Assembly (NCBI RefSeq): GCF_006345805.1
Contig: NC_043023.1
Span: 14,818,001-14,882,000, forward strand
DNA: 64,000 nucleotides
Direction: 5' to 3'
Origin: Octopus sinensis
Taxonomy: Eukaryota
The position numbers and the translations under genes are program-made. Below the pieces are notes generated by a model that was given only the letters and a program-made list of their open reading frames with translations, was not told where the DNA came from and did not search any database. Positions 19,879 to 33,050 of the stretch are shown here, piece by piece. Position 1 is the first letter of the stretch. Every line of letters begins with the position of its first letter.

Positions 19879-20045
19879 TAATCCAAACATGAAAACACAA
19901 AGAGAAAACACAACAACGCGAGGACATGGAACAAATATAGTATTATTGGATACTCAGGAAGGAAGGGAAGGAGGGTGTAACGTTTCGAGCAGAACTCTTC
20001 GTCGGAAACATAGATGGAAAGATCCAAAGGGAAGACAGAGGAAAA
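19876..20045 (-). mobile_element. Penelope-like non-autonomous fragment with a degenerate minimal hammerhead (20010-19975)
   Basis: UGUUU-CCGACGA-A-GAGU UCU GCUC-GAAAC-GUU-ACAC on minus, abutting a (TA)n tract. Confidence 0.55.
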
Positions 20046-20254
20046 CACACACACACACACACAGAAAACACACATGGACACATACATACATACACACACA
20101 GACATATGTATACATACATCACATTCTCATACATATAACTCTTACTTTAGTGAAAATAGGCAGACACCCTATTCATTTGACTAAATGCCCTTCAAGGGGC
20201 TGCCCCAGCATCGCCACAGTTTAACGACTGAAACAAGTAAAAGCCGAACCCTAC

Positions 20255-20425
20255 CTTTCGTCGTGCAGTGGAGGCTGCTGCAGTAGTAGTAGTGGTAGTA
20301 GTAGTGTCGCTCCTCCTCCTACTCGTCCGTTCAGGGGGTGGTGGTGGCTGATCTGGTGACACGGTGCCTGTGGCCAGCTTCTTCTCGTCGTCAATGTGGT
20401 TCACTAACTGACTCATCTCTTTCAG
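20255..20425 (-). CDS. KAT6A/B: KAT6 exon LKEMSQLVNHIDDEKKLATG...TTTTTTTTAAASTARRK
   Basis: TTTTCTTTCCAG acceptor, AAG|GTAGGG donor, 171 nt, phase 0/0. Confidence 0.85.
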
Positions 20426-21734
20426 CTGGAAAGAAAAGCGGGAAATAAAGAGGAACAGGAAACCTTTAAGTTGATAAGGTGGACAGCAGTTGGCTAGAAG
20501 TGGGTCGCATAACGAAGAATTGTCGAACGATATTATTGTGGACGTCGTTTGTGGATGTGAGATATATCGCACAAATAGTGATACCTGGGAGGGGGGATAC
20601 AGAGAGATAGGGGATGGAGAGGGGAGGTAAGCAGGCAAAGAGTAATGTGAAAAGGGAAAGTAGGTGATCAAACTGTATGGAATGAGATAATTTTTTACAG
20701 CTGTTTCGGGGCTGACAATTTGGCATTGCTGACTGGATATTCAACTTACTTTGGCAAAGGTACATACTGGCACTGAACACGTGTGTGTGTGTGTGTACAG
20801 AAATATACATATACAGGCGCAGGAGTGGCTGTGTGGTAAGTAGCTTGTTTACCAACCACATGGTTCCGGGTTCAGTCCCACTGCGTGGCATCTTGAGCAA
20901 GTGTCTTCTGCTATAGCCTCGAGCCGACCAATGCCTTGTGAGTGGATTTGGTAGACGGAAACTGAAAGAAGCCTGTCGTATATATGTATATGTATGTGTG
21001 TGTATATGTATGTGTGTGTATATGTTTGTGTGTGTATATGTTTGTGTGTCTGTGTTTGTCCCACTAACATTGCTTGACAACCGATGCTGGTGTGTTTATG
21101 TCCCCGTCACTTAGCGGTTCAGCAAAAGAGACCGATAGAATAAGTACTGGGCTTACAAAAGAATAAGTCCCGGGGTCGCGGTGCTCCAGCATGGCCGTAG
21201 TCAAATGACTGAAACAAGTAGAAGAGTAAAGAGTAAAAGAGTATATATGGATATAGCGAGGGTGAGAGTGTGGGGAGGGAAAGATGCTATGAATTATTAA
21301 GTGACCATGATCGACATAAACACTTTCTCCTCTCCTAGTATACGTAAAGAAAAACATGACCAGAGAGAGAGAAAGAGAGAGAGAGAGACAGACAGAGAAG
21401 GGAGAGAAACATAATTCCTTACTTGAATGCTGTTGACATAAGCACTTTCTCCTCTCCTCAGACACGAAAAGAGAATTATACTCAGAGAGGGGGGTGGGGA
21501 GAGGGGGAAGTGAGGGATGGAGATAGGGTGAGAGAGACAGACAAGGAGAGACATTACAATTTATTAATTGAACAAGATTAACAAACATTTTCCCTCTCAT
21601 CATACACAGAAATATACTTACATATAAAGAGAGGGGGAAGAGATGAAGGGGAGGAATGGAGAGGGGTTGTAGAGAGAGTGGGGGGAGGAAGGAAGAGATT
21701 GCAGAGTGGAAGGAGTGAGATAGAGGGAGCAGGA

Positions 21735-22290
21735 TGGAGCAGGATGGAGGCATGGAGGAATCAGGATGGAGGCATGGAGGGAGCATGTTGGAGGCGTGGA
21801 GGGAGCATGTTGGAGGTGTGGAGGGAGCAGGATGGAGGCGTGGAGGGAGCATGTTGGAGGCGTGGAGGGAGCATGTTGGAGGCGTGGAGGGAGCAGGATG
21901 GAGGCGTGGAGGGAGCAGGATGGAGGCGTGGAGGGAGCATGATGGAGGCGTGGAGGGAGCATGTTGGAGGCGTGGAGGGAGCATGTTGGAGGCGTGGAGG
22001 GAGCAGGATGGAGGCATGGAGGGAGCATGATGGAGGCGTGGAGGGAGCATGATGGAGGCGTGGAGGGAGCATGATGGAGGCGTGGAGGGAGCATGATGGG
22101 GGCGTGGAGGGAGCAGGATGGAGGCGTGGAGGGAGCAGGATGGAGGCGTGGAGGGAGCAGGATGGAGGCGTGGAGGGAGCATGATGGAGGCGTGGAGGGA
22201 GCTGGATGGAGACATGGAGGGAGCTGGATGGAGGCATGGAGGGAGCTGGATGGAGGCATGGAGGGAGCAGGATGGAGGCGTGGAGGGAAA
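21735..22290. repeat. 22-bp minisatellite GGAGGCGTGGAGGGAGCA(G/T)G(A/T)T, about 25 copies
   Basis: Period 22 measured directly. Confidence 0.93.
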
Positions 22291-22824
22291 GGGTGAGAGA
22301 GAGATATTACAATTTATTAACCTTTAGCAGACAGCTTTCTCTCTAGGATTATTTCCCCTGCCACTTCCCATTACAACAGGGGAGAAAACTCTAAGGTGAC
22401 ATTATGCACCTACAGTGTGCTGAAGGTTAGTTGAACGCTACTGACAGAAACCAGAAAGAGGGAGAGAAAGAGAGAGAGAAAGATAGGGGGAGAAGCAGGA
22501 ATGAGAAACATGGAAAATGTCAAATAAGTCAGCATCAAATCAGCAACACCAAAAAGCAGCCATGCCAAAACCATGTTTCACAGTGGTGGGCAGATCAAGC
22601 AGGCAAATGTGGTGGAGGCACTGGTAAGCTTAGTAGAGCATCAGGCAGAGGTAGGAGAGAACCAAGGAGGCAGGCAAACTAGAAGAGGTTAAAAAACAAA
22701 TGGCTCTATTCTTTCAGAGTTCAGGCCAGGCTGGGGCAGCCACCACCTTACAAACAGGGAACAAGTGATTAAATCAACACCCCACTTCCCAAAACTTATT
22801 TCACAACCGACACCCAGAAAGGAG

Positions 22825-23170
22825 TGGAGGTGCATGGCTTAGTGGTTAAGTTGTTGGACTCATGAGTGTAAGAGTGTGGTTTCAATCCCTGGACTGGGGA
22901 ATGCTTTGTGTTCTTAAACAACCCTTATTCAGGGACCTTTTGAGTGGGATGGGTTACTCGACCAGAAGAAAATTCTAACTGAGCCCCACTTGCAAGGTCA
23001 TGTGCTGTTTATCTTGATATGAGATCACCATGTCACGCACATATGGTTGTGATGCATGTACCTGGTGTACCCTTATCAGACAGGTAGCCATGATGGGTAT
23101 ACTGGGCTTTGTATATTTTACCCCATTGTCACTTTGATGACATGCACTGCTCTCTCACTCAATAATAATA
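22825..23170 (+). mobile_element. tRNA-headed element with an (AAT)n tail, internally deleted; related body at about 51205-51667
   Basis: Head GGAGGTGCATGGCTTAGTGGTTAAG; shared AAACAACCCTTATTCAGGGACCTTTTGAG body. Confidence 0.65.
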
Positions 23171-23666
23171 AGAATAATCTTTTCTACTAAAGGCACAAGC
23201 CCTGAAGTTTGGGGGGAGGGGACTAGTTGACTACATCAACCTCAGTGTTTTACTGGTACTTAATTTATCAACCCTGAAAGGATGAAAGGCAAAGTCGACC
23301 GCAGCAAAATTTGAACTCAGAATCTAAAGACAGATGAGATACCATTCAGCATTTTGCCTGGCGTGCTAACAATTCTACCACCTCACCACCATAATAATAA
23401 CAACAATAATAATAATCCTTTCTAGTATAGGCACAGGGACTGAAATTTAGGGGAAGAGGAGTGCTCAACTGGTACCTGTTTTCATCAACCCCAAAAGGAT
23501 GAAAGGGTAAGGGTCAACCCTGATAGCATTTGAACTCAGAATGTAAAGACAGACAAAATGCTACTAACTCCAGCATGCTAACAATTCCGCCAGCCAGTCC
23601 AACACCCTTATAAGCGAGTTCAAATTCATGTCGGTGGGAATTGAAATTCAGAATACAAAACGGAGT

Positions 23667-23697
<31 letters not shown>

Positions 23698-24250
23698 TAA
23701 TAATAACAATAATAATAACAATAATCCTTTCTACTATAGGCACAAGGCCTGAAATTTTGTGGGAAGAGGGATGTCAGTTATATCGACCCCAGAAGGATGA
23801 CAGGCAAAGTCGATCACAGCTGAATTTGAACTCAGTATATAAAGCTGGAAAAACTGCCTCTAGGCATTTCACCCAACATGCAAATAAAATAATAGTAATT
23901 ATAAAAAGAATTAAAAAAATAACAAGAATGGTAATAATCACACTAATTACATTTAGTATTAAACACTATAAAATTAATTTTAAAAAATATGATGCACAAA
24001 AAGATAATAATAATAATAATAATAATAGTTTTGAATTTTGCCACAAGGGCAGCCATTTTGGAGAGGAGATTAGTTGATTATATCAACCCCAGTGTTTTAC
24101 TGGTACTTAATTTATCAACCCCGAAAGGACACAAGGCAAAGTCGACCTCAGCAGAATTTGAACTCAGAACAATAGTGACAGGTGAAATACTGCTAAGCAT
24201 TTCGCCCTGGGGCACTAACAGTTCTGCCAGCTCACCGCTTAATAATAGTT

Positions 24251-24282
<32 letters not shown>

Positions 24283-24762
24283 CAAGAACAGTAATAGTCA
24301 CACTAATTACATTTGATATTAAACACCATAAAACTAATTTTTTTAAATATGCACAAAAATAATAATAATAATAATAATAAATAACAAGAACAGTAATAGT
24401 CACACTAATTACATTTGATATTAAACACCATAAAACTAATTTTTTTAAATATGCACAAAAATAATAATAATAATAATAATAATAATGTCATCACAATATA
24501 CAGAAAATAGCTCTACAAGGCACTGCACACACATATTAGTAGTACTTCAAACCACAAGAGAAAAATATGAAACCAAAACAAAATAAAAATGCAGAACTTG
24601 ATCAAAAGGTATACAGAAATGTACTCATTGTACGGCAGTCAAAAGCACGCAATAACAAAATTAACTACAGCACAGCAATACCAAATATTTCTAAAACAGA
24701 CATCGGGCCAGAAAATATGGACAAAGGGAAACAGTTGATTTTACATACATACATACATACAT

Positions 24763-24796
<34 letters not shown>

Positions 24797-25830
24797 CAAC
24801 CACGGCGCTTTCATGTTATCACATCCCCACACCAGCAGAAAATCCAAATCTGACCAGCTGGAGCTGAACTACAAGAGAGCTTTGCCAATGCAGCAATGAT
24901 GGTGATGATGATGATAATCCTTTCTACTATAGGCACAAGGCCTGAAATTTTGGAGGGGAGGGGGCTAGTTGATTACATCGACCCCAGTGTTTCACTGGTA
25001 CTTAATTTATCAACTCGGAAAGGATAAAAGGCAAAGTCGACCTCGGTGGAATTTGAACTCAGAAAGTAGTGACGGGCAAAATACCACTAAATATTTAACC
25101 CAGCATGCTAACAATTCTGCCAGCTCACCGCCTTATGATAATAATCCTTTCTATTATAGGCACAAGGCCTGGATTTGGTGGGGAAGGCACTAGTTGATCA
25201 CACCGACCCCAGTACTCAACTGATACTTTAATTTATGGACCCTGAAAGTATGAAAGGCAAAGTTGACCTCGGCGGAATTTGAACTCAGAACATAGCAACA
25301 GGTGAAATACCACTAAATATTTAACCCAGTGTGCTAACGATTCTGCCAGCTCGCCGCCTTATTATAATAATAAGCCTTTCTATTATAGGCACAAGGCCTG
25401 GATTTTATGGGAAAGGGGACTGTTGATCACATCGACCCCAGTATTCAACAGGTACTTAATTTATGGACCCTGAAAGGATGAAAGGCAAACTTGGCCTCGG
25501 CGGAATTTGAACTCAGAACATAGTGATGGGTGAAATACTACTAACCATTTCGTCCAGCATGCTAACGATTCTGCCAGCACACAAACTTATGATGATAATG
25601 ATGATAATAATAATTATAACAATCCTTTCTACTATGGGTAGAAGCCTGAAGTTTTGAGAAAGGGGGCTAGTCAATTACATGAACCCCAGTGTTTAATTGG
25701 TACTATGTCGCTGACCTCAAACAGACGAAAGGTAAAGTCAGCCTCGGCAGGATTTGAACTCAAAGAGTATCGGCAGGATTTGAACTCAAAGAGTAAAGTC
25801 AGAAGAAATGCTGCCAAACATTCTGACCAA
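23170..25830 (-). mobile_element. Cluster of about 8 SINE family A' copies (same head and core, alternative tail) in (TAA)n tracts, plus a ~105-bp unit in three copies (about 23915-24485)
   Basis: Repeated ATAATCCTTTCTACTATAGGCACAAGGCCTGAAATTT tails; similar cluster at about 51760-52820. Confidence 0.75.
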
Positions 25831-25934
25831 TGTAAACACACATACGTGTGTACACATAACATATGTATAATGTATACATAAACACACACACACACAAATA
25901 TCTTTATAAACACACTATGTACACACTGTGTATG

Positions 25935-26617
25935 TGTGTGTATATATACATACATACATATACATACATACATATATATATTTATACATACATACATATA
26001 TATACATACATACATACATATATATACATACATACATATATATATATACATACATACATATATATATATACATACATACATATATATATATACATACATA
26101 CATATAATATATATACATACATATATATATATATACATACATACATATATATATATACATACATACATAATATATATACATACATACATATTATATACAT
26201 TCTACATACATACATATATATACATACATACATACATATATATACATACATACATACATATATATACATACATACATACATATTATACATACATACATAC
26301 AATATATATACATAACATACATATACTACATACATACATACATATATATACATACATACATACATACAATATATACATACATACATACATATACATAATA
26401 CATACATAAATATATATACATACATACATCATACATACATATACATAATACATACATACATACATATACATACATACATACTATATATACATACATACAT
26501 ACATATATATATTATATACATACATATATATATATACATACATACATATATATATATACATACATATATATATATACATACATATATATATATACATACA
26601 TATATATATATACATAC

Positions 26618-26660
<43 letters not shown>
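25935..26660. repeat. Compound (TACA)n/(TA)n/(CA)n microsatellite, about 700 bp
   Basis: Direct inspection. Confidence 0.97.
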
Positions 26661-27359
26661 TTTAGAAAGAAAGAGAGAAAGAAAGAATGTGTGAGTGAGA
26701 GTGTGTAGTGTGTAAAAAGTCATTGTTAAATGGGGGACCAAAGTCTTGTGTGATGATTTGGTAGACAGAAACTGAAAGAAGCCCAGTGTGTGTGTGTGTG
26801 TGTGTCCCACCACCATTTGACAACAGGTGTTGGTGTGTTTATGTCCCTGTAACTTAGCAATTTGGCAACAGACACCAACAGAATAGAATAGGTGCCAAGC
26901 TTTAAAAAGCATTTGTATCAGTGCCACCTAAAAAGCACTTTTGCTGGTACCAAGTGCAAAGTGCCCGTGTCAGTGCCACATAAAAGTGCCAATCCTGGTG
27001 CCATAGAGAAGGCACTCAGCACGCACTGTAAAATGGTTGGCATTAAGAAGAGCATTAAGCTGTTGAAACCAGGACAAAACAGACAAATGGATCTTGGCTA
27101 TTTGTCCAGCTGGCAAACTCCAGTCAAAAACCGAACAACCCATGCCTGCATAGAAAACAGACATTAAATGTCGTTGACGATGATGATGGCGACAGTGATT
27201 AACCCTTTGGTGTTCAGATTAATCTGTCGAATGTAATATTCGCTAATTCTTATCATTTTGAAATAGTCACACATTATCTTGTAGTTTACAGATTCTGCTG
27301 ATGTGATTGTTTAGTGTTCGAATGACATTGTAGGACTGAGGGGAGAAGCCAGATCTTAA

Positions 27360-27810
27360 TTTCTTATTTCTTTATTGCCCATAAGGGGCTAGACATAGAA
27401 GGGACAAACAAGGACAGACAAAAGGATTAAGTCGATTACATCAACCCCCAGTGCATAACTGGTACTTAATTTATCAACCCCGAAAGGATGAAACACAAAG
27501 TCAACCTCGGCGGAATTTGAACTCAAAACGTAACGCAGACGAAATACCGCTAAGCATTTCGTCCAGTGTGCTAACGTTTCTTATTTCTTTATTGCCTACA
27601 AGGGGCTAAACATAGAGGGGACAAACAAGGACAGACACACGGATTAAGTTGATTACATCGACCCCCAGTGCGTAACTGGTACTGTATTTATCGACCCCGA
27701 AAGGATGAAAGGCAAAGTCGACCTCGGCAGAATTTGAACTCAGAACGTAACGGCAGACAAAATACCACTAAGCATTTCGCCCGGTAGGCTAACGTTTCTG
27801 CCAGCTCACA
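27360..27810 (-). mobile_element. SINE family A dimer; equivalent dimers at about 28858-29300 and 29938-30352
   Basis: Recurrent junction CTAA(C/T)GTTTCTTATTTCTTTA. Confidence 0.85.
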
Positions 27811-29660
27811 GGGATGAAGCCAGATCTGGCCAGTTTCAATATTTTCTTCAAATTTGGAATGAAGGAAGGAAAGACTATTTGGTTTCTCAAGAAGTTTTTG
27901 TTTTTGCCTTAACTTCGTTTAACAAAACCAAAAATTTTATTGAAATAAAGGCATGCTTAATTATTTTTCAATGAAAAGAACTGTTTAAACCATGTTTGTG
28001 TTCTCCCAGTCAACAGCCTTATCATTACTGGTACTTTAAACTCTTCAGTTGCATATTTGTGTGAATAAAATCGTTTTTCTTTGGAATAGAAAAAAACGTA
28101 TATCTTTATTTCTTCTTTTGCTGGTGTCTCAAATTTAGATTTAATCAGTGTTTCTCAAAGGGGAGGCCTATGGGACAGTCAGACAAGTTGTTTTGAGAAA
28201 CTTTGGTTTAAACGTTTGACAACTCAGCACCGTCCATTGGACAGGGAGCGTTTTGCTCATATATACATATACACAGTAGTCACTGATTGTTTGTTCCTTC
28301 TCGAGCCAATCCTGGCTCATAAGGGCCGGTTTCCCGGTTCCTTGGTGTATAAGTTCCCCATCTGGACGAGACGCCGGTCCGTCACAGGTGAGCTGCAAGA
28401 TGCAGGAGGAAAGAGTGAGAGAAAGTTGTGGCGAAAGAGTCAGCAGAAGTTTCACCATTACCTTCAGTTGGAGCCGCATGGAGCTTAGGTGTTTCGCTCA
28501 TAAACACACACACATTGCCCAGTCTGAGATTCAAACCCGCGATCCCTCGACCTCAAGTCTGCTGATTTTCTTCTTCTTCTTCTTCTTCTTCTTCCAATCA
28601 GGACTCACATCATTAGCCACAAAGAATAATCTCTAATTCGAGCCTACTCTAAGTACAGTGGGGTTCACCCGTTGGAACCTCGTGGAGCTTAGGTGTTTCA
28701 CTCATAAACACACACATCGCCCGGTCTGATATTCGAACCCGTGATCCCTCAACCGCAAGTCCACTGCTCTAACCACTAGGCCATGTGCCTCCACTAGTCA
28801 CTGATACAGTGTATAGAGTGTGGCAATCTCACAGCATCATGAAAGATGAACTATATATTTCTTTATTACCCACAAGAGGCTAAACAGAGGGGACAAACAA
28901 GGACAGACAAACAGATTAAGTCGATTACATCAACACCAGTGCGTAACTGGTACTTAATTTGCCGACCTTGAAAGGATGAAAGGCAAAGTCGACCTCGGCG
29001 GAATTTGAACTCAGAACGTAACGCAGACGAAATACCGCTAAGCATTTCGTCCAGTGTGATAACGTTTCTTATTTCTTTATTGCCTACAAGGGGCTAAACA
29101 CAGAAGGGACAAACAAGGACAGACACATGGATTAAGTCGATTAGATCGACCCCAGTGCGTAACTGGTACTTAATTTGTCGACCCCGAAAGGATGAAAAGC
29201 AAAGTCGACCTTGGCGGAATTTGAACTCAGAACGTAGCGGTAGACGAAATACGGCTAAGCATTTCGCCTGGCGTGCTAACGTTTCTGCGAGCTCGCCGCC
29301 TGAAAGATGATCTATAGACAGTTGAGTGGAGGGGCGGGGCTTTAAGAATCAATAATAATGTATCAGAAAGACCACCATCATCATCATCATCATTGTCGTA
29401 ACAGCAATATAATGACAGTCACAGAGACAAACAAGCGTACAATCCAAAAAACAAAATGAGTAAAAAAAATGATAAAAAGATAAAAAATTAAAATCTAAAA
29501 CAGAAGCAAAACCGATCTAGAAAAATGAAAATGACAGCAATAAATCCGGATGCACAGACAGAAGTGTTTGACCAAATGACCACATGTAGCTTTTTTTTTT
29601 TTTTTGTTTTTTTTAATGATATTTTTTTTTTTCTGTCTAACAGGTCGATTTTTTACTTAC

Positions 29661-29735
29661 CTGACGGGAAAGCCGAAAGTGGCGAGAGGTGCCACCCCGA
29701 GGAGCTACCTGTGGCAGTTGGTGGTAACCACAACG
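29661..29735 (-). CDS. Candidate 75-nt in-frame cassette exon RCGYHQLPQVAPRGGTSRHFRLSRQ
   Basis: CTCTATTTACAG acceptor, CAG|GTAAGT donor, open in phase 0 (the phase of the host intron), in non-repetitive sequence. No homology support. Confidence 0.45.
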
Positions 29736-31051
29736 CTGTAAATAGAGTGGTACCTTATTGTGTAATCAACAACAGAGCAGTGAAGGAAGAACAAATGGGG
29801 GAAAAAAGTGGAAGGGGGTGGCGGCAAAAAGGGGTACGTCAGAGCCCAACACAAAACACAACATTGAGTCGAAGACGGGACAGCAGAGCTTAGTATTGAG
29901 ACCCTAGCTGCTCAGAGACAGAGATTAAGAACCAACACTTATTTCTTTACTGCCCACAAGGGGCCACACACAAAGGGGACAAACACGGACAAAGGGATTA
30001 ACTGGTACTTATTTAATCGACCCCCAAAAGGATGAAAGGCAAAGTCGACCTTGGTGGAATTTGAACTCAGAACGTAACGGCAGACGAAATACCACTAGGC
30101 ATTTCGCCCGGCGTGCTAATGTTTCTTATTTCTTTACTACCCACAAGGGGCTAAACATAGAGGGGACAAACATGGACAGACAAAGGGATTAAGCCGATTA
30201 ATTCAACCCCAGTGCGTAACTGGTACTTATTTAATCGACCCCTGAAAGGAAGAAAGTCGACCTCGGCGGAATTTGAACTCAGAACGTAGCGGCAGATAAA
30301 ATACTGCTAAGCATTTCATCCGGCGTGCTAATGTTTCTGCCAGCTCGCCCCCTTAACTTTCCTTCTAGCATGCAGAATACTCTCAAATGCAAAGCTCATT
30401 TATTCCCATTGTTTTGAATTAATCACGGAATATCTCGATTGCATATTTTTAGATTGACATTGTAGGGTAAGTACAAGAGGCTAGATCTGGCTAGCCTGAA
30501 CATAAAAACAGAATATGTGGATCCACATATGTATTTCTTTACTACCCACAAGGGGCTAAACACAGAGGAGACAAACAAGGACAGACAGATTAAGTCGATT
30601 ACATCGACCCCAGTGTGTAACTGGTACTTATTTAATCGACCCCGAAAGGATGAAAGGCAAAGTCGACCTCGGCGGAATTTGAACTCAGAACGTAACGGCA
30701 GACGAAATACGGCTACGCATTTCGCCTGGTGTGCTAACGTTTCTGCCAGCTCGCCGCCTATATTTGATCCACACATGGCCAGTTCAACCCTCCTCCCAAC
30801 ATTCAGATTACTCTCAAATGCAATATTTATTTATCCACATTGTTATGAATTAATTATGCATTATCTCAAAGCTCTGAGATGTCAATGATGTGATCGTTTA
30901 TTTTCAAAATGACACTGCAGGGTAAGTGTGAGACGTTGGATCTGATCAGTTTGAACATAAAACAGACAGAATATTTGGGCTGAACACAGCCAGCATAACC
31001 CATTAATATTCAGATTATTCTGTTAAACATAATGCTTATCTATCCACATTG

Positions 31052-31477
31052 TTTTGAATTAATCATGGATTATCTCTCTAATTTTTGAATTAATCATGGA
31101 TTATCTCTCTAATTTTTGAATTAATCATGGATTATCTCTCTAATTTTTGAATTAATCATGGATTATCTCTCTAATTTTTGAATTAATCATGGATTATCTC
31201 TCTAATTTTTGAATTAATCATGGATTATCTCTCTAATTTTTGAATTAATCATGGATTATCTCTCTAATTTTTGAATTAATCATGGATTATCTCTAATTTT
31301 TGAATTAATCATGGATTATCTCTCTAATTTTTGAATTAATCATGGATTATCTCTCTAATTTTTGAATTAATCATGGATTGTCTCTCTAATTTTTGAATTA
31401 ATCATGGATTGTCTCTCTAATTTTTGAATTAATCATGGATTATCTCTCTAATTTTTGAATTAATCATGGATTATCTC
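31052..31477. repeat. 31-bp minisatellite (TTTTGAATTAATCATGGATTATCTCTCTAAT), about 14 copies, inside a MITE
   Basis: Period 31; the unit matches the internal segment of the MITE family at about 30790-31000 and 43986-44211. Confidence 0.92.
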
Positions 31478-31824
31478 ATAGCTTTGAAATTTCAATGGTG
31501 TGATTGTTCACTTTTAGAATGATAGTGTAAGGTAGGTCCAAGAGACCAGATATGGCCAGCATAACTTTCTAGCTTTCGGATTACTCAGTCAAATGTGATG
31601 CTTATTTATTCATATTGCTTAAAACTAATCATGCATTATCTTGTAGCTCCAATTGATTGTTTATTTTTAGAATGACATTGTCGGGCAGGTATAAGAGGCC
31701 AGATCTGGTCAATTCAACATAAAATAATAGATAGAACATTTAATTCAGATATGGTTGGTTTAAAAGCTAATGGATTAGAAAGCCACCCTGAGGACATTAA
31801 ATTCAACTGACATGTAAAGGGTAA

Positions 31825-32460
31825 AGATACCCTTCGGTCATGAATAACCATGGGATTGCACTAGAAAGTTCCCCTCCAAGGCACAAGTCCAGGAAAGATT
31901 GCTTATTGTTTGTTCCTTCTTGAGCCATGCCTGGCTCATAAGGGCCGGTTTCCTTGGCGTAGAGGTTCCCCACCTGGACGGGAGACCAGTCCATCGCAGG
32001 TGAGCTGCAAGATGCAGGAGGAAAGAGTGAGAGAAAGTTGAGGTGAAAGAGTCAGCAGAAGTTCGCCATTACCTTCTGCCGGAGCCACGTGGAGCTTAGG
32101 TGTTTCGCTCATAAACACACACATTGCCCGCTCTGAGATTCGAACCCGCGATCCCTTGACCGTGAGTCCGCTGCTCTAACCACTAGGCCATGTGCCTCCA
32201 CAAAGATTGCTTATGGAAGACTAGCAGTCACCCATGCACACCAGCTTCCCCTATCCATGCCACCGATGTTATCCAAGGGAGAGGCAAAGGTCGGTATTGC
32301 TTGGCACCAGAGATGATATTACTTGGCACCAGATGAATGAACTAGAGTAATGTGAAAAATGAAGTGTCTTGCTCAAGAAAACAACACACAGCCTGGTCCA
32401 GGAATCAAACTCATTACTTCGTGATTGTTAGCCCAATACTCTAACCACTGAGCTATGCGA
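31825..32460 (-). mobile_element. SINE family E with a nested family D copy (31907-32201)
   Basis: 13-bp TSD AAAGATTGCTTAT at 31894-31906 and 32202-32214; other E copies at about 46085-46412, 58840-59570 and 63345-63665. Confidence 0.8.
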
Positions 32461-32589
32461 CATGTAAGTAATAACAATACTAATGCTGGTTAGTTAATGG
32501 CATGCACTTGCATCAGATATGATGACACATCCAGATAAATTTCTGTCATTACATCATCCCAAAGCTAATACAGTTAAGTTAAGTTAATT

Positions 32590-33050
32590 TTTTGGCTCAA
32601 AAAGCAAAGCCATGTAGGTGGACATGGAGTTATGTACAGGGAGGGTGTTCGTGCAAAGAGTTCAGGACATTTCTGGTCAAGAGAGACTTTGAACCGAGCA
32701 GTCGGCATCTTCACTATCTCGTCCGGCAGCTTATTCCACGGATCCGCAACCCGGACGGAGAAAGCCCCTCTCCTTCGAGAGGTTACACTTTCCGCTTATG
32801 ATGTTGTGAGCAAGAATGAGATCACCACAGGATCGTTGTATAGGAAGAGAATAAAGGTCGAGCGTCTTCAGCCTTTCTTCATAAGACAAATGCTTGAGAC
32901 CAAGAACCATGCGGGTAGCCAGCTTCTGGACTCTTTCGAGATGATGTATGTCTTTGAGGAGATAAGGAGAAGAGGCTTTGCTTCAGTGTTCAGACAATTT
33001 CAAACACCCCAGGGAGGTTACGTATGTTCCATTAAGTGTTGTGTATATTG
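32590..33050 (-). mobile_element. CR1/L2-clade LINE 3' fragment, internally deleted
   Basis: Minus translation KDIHHLERVQKLATRMVLGLKHLSYEERLKTLDLYSL..GDLI and FSVRVADPWNKLPDEIV, the typical CR1 RT C-terminus. Confidence 0.85.
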
